From: Protoeuglena noctilucae
Taxonomy: Eukaryota
NCBI GenBank assembly: GCA_958009085.1
Contig: OY253683.1
Coordinates: 372,001-436,000, forward strand
Length of the DNA stretch: 64,000 bases
Reading direction: 5' to 3'
In this document: positions 60,038 through 64,000 of the stretch, piece by piece
How the letters are laid out: each line of letters opens with the position of its first letter
How positions within the stretch are numbered: position 1 is the stretch's first letter
The notes under the pieces: model-generated
What the model saw: only the letters and a program-made list of their open reading frames with translations
Told to the model about the DNA's origin: nothing
The model's database searches: none
Position numbers and translations under genes: made by a program

Positions 60038-63000
60038 ATGAACAGGTCCTCCGAGCGGGCGTCGCGGCCGACGCCGGACGCCCAGGTGCGGGATAGACGG
60101 GGTGCGGCCGCGCAGTCCACAGCCAGAGGCGTTGATGGCGAGCTTGGCCCCTCGCTTGTCGTCGCAGCGGAGACTACACGAAGTCCTCGGCACGCCATCC
60201 GTCGCGGACCGCCTGGCGCGGGACGAGCTGCTGAGCGTCCTTGAGAAGGACCCCGTGTCCGCCCCGCTGGCCGAGGCACGGCGTCGCGAGATCATGCAGG
60301 TGCATTGCGTGCGTACCACGTCCTGCTTGCCGCAGTCGAGAACTTTATCCCCAAATCTCTAAGGCACCTTGCCATCGCCCTCGCTGTCGCAGGAGATCGG
60401 CATGGCCTCTGGCGCCGCGGACCTGGTGGTCTTTCAGCGGCAGATGGACAAGCTGCGGTCGGACTTGGAGGAGACTCGGCGCGGCCTCGAGGCCTCGGAG
60501 GCGGCGCAGCGCTCCGAGCGCATCCGGCGCACCGAGGCAGAGAAGTTGGTCGAGGTAAGGGGCGTTGAGGAGGGTCAAGGGACGTCAAGGGAGGCAACGA
60601 TTGACAGCGTGGCCTGACAGGGCACACGGCACGCAAAGAGCCGGTTGGAGCAGCGGAATGCGCTTGAGTCGCCGAGCATACATGTCACGGTCAGCAGAGT
60701 GGTGTGCGTGGCCCTGTCGACACGGCGACAGTGGCGTGCGATGCCGTTGCAGGTGCTGCGGAGGGAGGTGGAGGACCGCGCGCGCGAGGCGGCTGAGACG
60801 GCCTCGGCCCGCATCACGGCCGAGAGGTCTCTGGCGGCGTCCCAGGCGCGGCTGCAGGCGCTAGAGACGACCGTGGCAGCCGGCGAGCGCGACTTCGGCT
60901 CCATCAAGGCCCAACTGGAGCATCAGCTCGAGGCCCGCATGCAGGCAAGCTGGCTCCAGCCTACCTCGCACAGCGTATGACCGCGACGCCGTGTGTGTCC
61001 TCGTCAGTGGGGGCGCGTGGCCTGTGGTGCCGGGACAGTTCATGGGAGGATAACTGGTGTTGCACCAATCCAACTCTTTGTGTTTTCTGTGCCCAGGAGG
61101 CTCAGGAGGCGCGACAGGCATTGGCACAGGCTCATGGGGCGCTGGATGCCGAGCGCGCCAAGTGGCAGGCCAAGGAGTCGGAGCTGAGGGACAGGGCGCA
61201 GCAGATGGAGTCCGAGTGCCGCGCCGCGCGCGCCGCCCTCGAGCAGTCGCAGGCGGCTGCGGAGGCTCTGCAAGCACGCGTCGTGAAGTTGGAGACCGTC
61301 AACGGGGAGCTGCGGCGGCAGCGGAGGGCCCTGCAGGAGGACCTCAGGCAAGAAGTGCCTTGCTCTTGTGTGTGATAAGATTGGGGTGCGACCCACGAAG
61401 CGGCCTGCGCCATCGCAGCGACGGGGCGTGGCGAGATTTGCAAGGTGCGTTGCGACGGCGCGCCTTGGTCTGCGGCCGCAGGGAGGTGGAGGAGATGCTG
61501 GCGGAATCGGAGCGCGAGAAGGACCAGATGGCGCAGAAGTACGTGTCCCTGGGTGAGAAGATGCACTTGCTGGCCGAGGTGGAGGAGCAGACCAGGGAGG
61601 ACGCCGAGCGTGAGTTGTCGATGGTCGACCGTGTGCTGGCCGAGCGCGGCGAGATGGCGCGCAAGGCCAAGGAGTGGCGCCGGGAGGCCAAGCGCATGGA
61701 GCGTCGCGTGGCGGAGCTGGAGGCCGAGCTGGCCAAGGGTACGGAGGAGGGGCAGAGGCGCGCCGAGGCGCTTGCAGCGGCAGACAAGGCCGTGCGGGCG
61801 CTCCAGGAGCAGCACGTGGGCCGCACGCGCGCCCTCGAGGCCCAGGTCGCGGCGCTGAAGCATCAGGCGAGCCGGGCGTAGCACCTTAGCGATGAGGTGC
61901 CATGGCGAGACCCGGTGGGGTGGGCGGCGTGACTGGTGGCGCTGATCAGACCTGCCGCCGAGCTCTGCATGATCAAGCAACGACCTGGCTGCACATTCGT
62001 GTATTGCCACCCCCCACACCCCGTCGTTGCCCTCGTCGCCTGAAGTTGACTTCCCCCGCACATCTCCCCTCGTGCAGGTGTCGGAGCTCGAGGTCGCCGC
62101 GGAGCGCGCCGAGCGGCGCTCGGACGCCGTGCGCCGCTCTGCCAAAGCGGACTACGACCAGCGGCTGGAGATGGAGTTGAAGGAGCAGCAGCTGCGGCAC
62201 GAGCGCCGCGTGGGGGAGCTGGAGCTGGAGATCAAGCGGCTGCAGACAGGGCCCGGGGCGCAGGCGCAGGAGGCGTTCCGCAAGTGGGTCGAGTCGCGGG
62301 CTGCGGAGGGGGCGGGGAGCGTCGCGAGGGCGCCGACGGCCCCACCGCCGCCTGCCCCTGAAGAGCCCGGGGTGCCGCCCGCGGGGTGGGTCTCTCGGGA
62401 CCACCACATGGATGCGGTGAGCGGAGAATGGGTGCTGGATTGGTGTCAAGCGGTGGTGGTGGTGGAGAGGTGGCAGGGGCTGCCTTTGTGCTCTGGTGTC
62501 ACGGGTGCTTTGCCGTCGCGGTTTGCATGAGCAACTCGTGTCTTGGGCTCTGCAGGTGCGCCGCGCGGCCTCGGATGCGCGCGCGGAGGAGGCGCAGGTC
62601 TGGCGGCGGCGCCTGGAGCACGCGCGGGAGGAGGAGCGGGCGTCGGGGGCGGCGGCGCTCGAGGCGGCGCACGCCAGGTGACGCTCGGCATGCACAGAGC
62701 GCTTGAATAGATAAGGCAGGCGAGGCTATCAAGGGATCAAGCCCATGAAATAATCAACCATCCTGCCAGCGCCCGTTCCTTGTGTCTCTGCGCGGTCACG
62801 TCACGCCGCATTGCCTGCTGCTTGCAGGGTCGTGGAGGCCGAGCGCCGCGCCCAGGACGAGCTGCGGGAGGCGCGGGCGCGTCTGGAGCGTGAGATGACG
62901 GCCGCGACGACGAGGGCGGAGTCGGACCTCGCGTCGGTGCAGCAGCGATTGGCGGAGACGAGAGACGCGCTGGAGGACGCCCGGCAGCAGCTGCAGGAGG

Positions 63001-64000
63001 AGAAGCTGGCGGCAGGTGAGCATAGCGCGACTGAGGGCAGTTGACAGGCCGCGTCAAGGGGTGGGGCTGCTGCATGGCATATGAGCACCGCCCTGTTGGT
63101 CGGCATCCGCATCTGGGTCAGCGTCCGTAACATGGCTGGTATTGGCGCAGGCAAGGCCAAGGCCCGCCTGGAGTCGGCCCGTGCGGCGCACTCGGAGCTG
63201 GAGGCGTCGTCCAAGGCCCGGGAGAAGCGACTGGACGACTGCAAGCGAGACGTGGCCAAGCTCAAAACCCTGGTGGAGGAGCAGCAGAGGAAAATGGCCG
63301 AGCTGGCCCAGCAGCTGGCGGAGGAGCGGCAGGTGAGGCGCTAGCGATGGTATGTTCTGAGATGAGGGCGGCGGGTGTCGAGATGAGGCGGGACACGGCA
63401 GGGCAGGCGATGAGATGGGTCATGAGTGCTGGTGATGTACATGTGTAGCTGCATGGCACGGGGTGTCACACATAGCAAGCGTTCCATTGCCTGCCCGAGG
63501 TGTCCACCCCAGGTGTCTGCCAAGGCCCAGGCGGCTGCCGAGAGCGCCGAGAGGGAGGCCGCGTCCCTGGGTGCGCAGCTGAGCCATGCCAACACGACCA
63601 TCGACCGGGAGCGCGAGAGGGCCTCGGAGCAAATCGCCGCCACGATGCGACAGGTGGGTCTGCCACCCGGCACGAGGTGCTTAATGGGCCCTGTACCTCG
63701 CACCACCAGGCTGATGTCAAATCGATTAGTGTCATCGCTGAGGATCGAACGGGTAACCTGGGATGCAGGCGGAGGACGACCGCGCCCAGGCGGCGGCGGA
63801 GGCGGCCGAGTCAATGGCCGCGCTGGCAGAGGAGGTCTCCGCAGCCCTGGACGCGGCGCTGGATGACGCCCAGAGATCGGGACGCGACGTCACCGATGCC
63901 GCGCAGGCGGCGGCGGGGGCCGTGGCGGCCTTCACCGGGGCGCTGCAGCGGTGCGCCGGGGCCGACGTGGCTGTGGTGAGGGACCCAGGCCAGAGCTGGC
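60038..64000 (+). CDS. Large uncharacterised coiled-coil protein (3'-truncated by window), at least 12 exons
   Basis: Successive E/R/A/L/Q-rich heptad exons join in phase, with three GC donors (60945, 61348, 61867). No recognisable catalytic motif. Confidence 0.75.

Noticed and set aside
200..63960. Introner-type repeated intron family
   Set aside because: The introns I compared by eye share only splice motifs. An all-versus-all alignment would be needed to exclude diverged families.
1..64000. Full TAA/TAG-to-Gln genetic code (as in some ulvophytes)
   Set aside because: I saw no in-frame TAG in any reconstructed exon. TAG and TAA end several genes at expected positions (Toc DQAY-TAG, PSMB5 TAA).

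Overview
This is eukaryotic nuclear DNA that is very GC-rich, gene-dense and intron-rich, with introns mostly ~80-200 nt. Plastid-targeted ClpD, a Toc159-family GTPase, WCRKC thioredoxin and a standalone MEKHLA protein, together with a flagellar SPATA17-like IQ protein, point to a flagellated green alga. By hand-splicing I reconstructed 23 protein-coding genes; the ORF track is fragmentary because of introns and GC-driven shadow ORFs. Highlights: (1) a ~12.5 kb, ~28-exon gene encoding a Ser/Thr kinase-NACHT-WD40 protein with a C-terminal transmembrane tail anchor, i.e. an NLR/STAND-like receptor kinase; (2) roughly one in five introns (~25 of ~130 by my count) use a non-canonical AG|GC donor; (3) two nearby BCS1-like membrane AAA+ ATPase paralogs with a 368-bp near-identical tract, four unshared introns and alternating beta-strand C-terminal motifs; (4) two otherwise intact genes that each carry one in-frame TAA, plus a 1-nt frameshift in the NLR-like gene, any of which may be assembly errors. 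There is a 200-N assembly gap at 42320-42519. I could not support any rRNA, tRNA, CRISPR array or transposase. All exon structures are manual inferences without transcript data.
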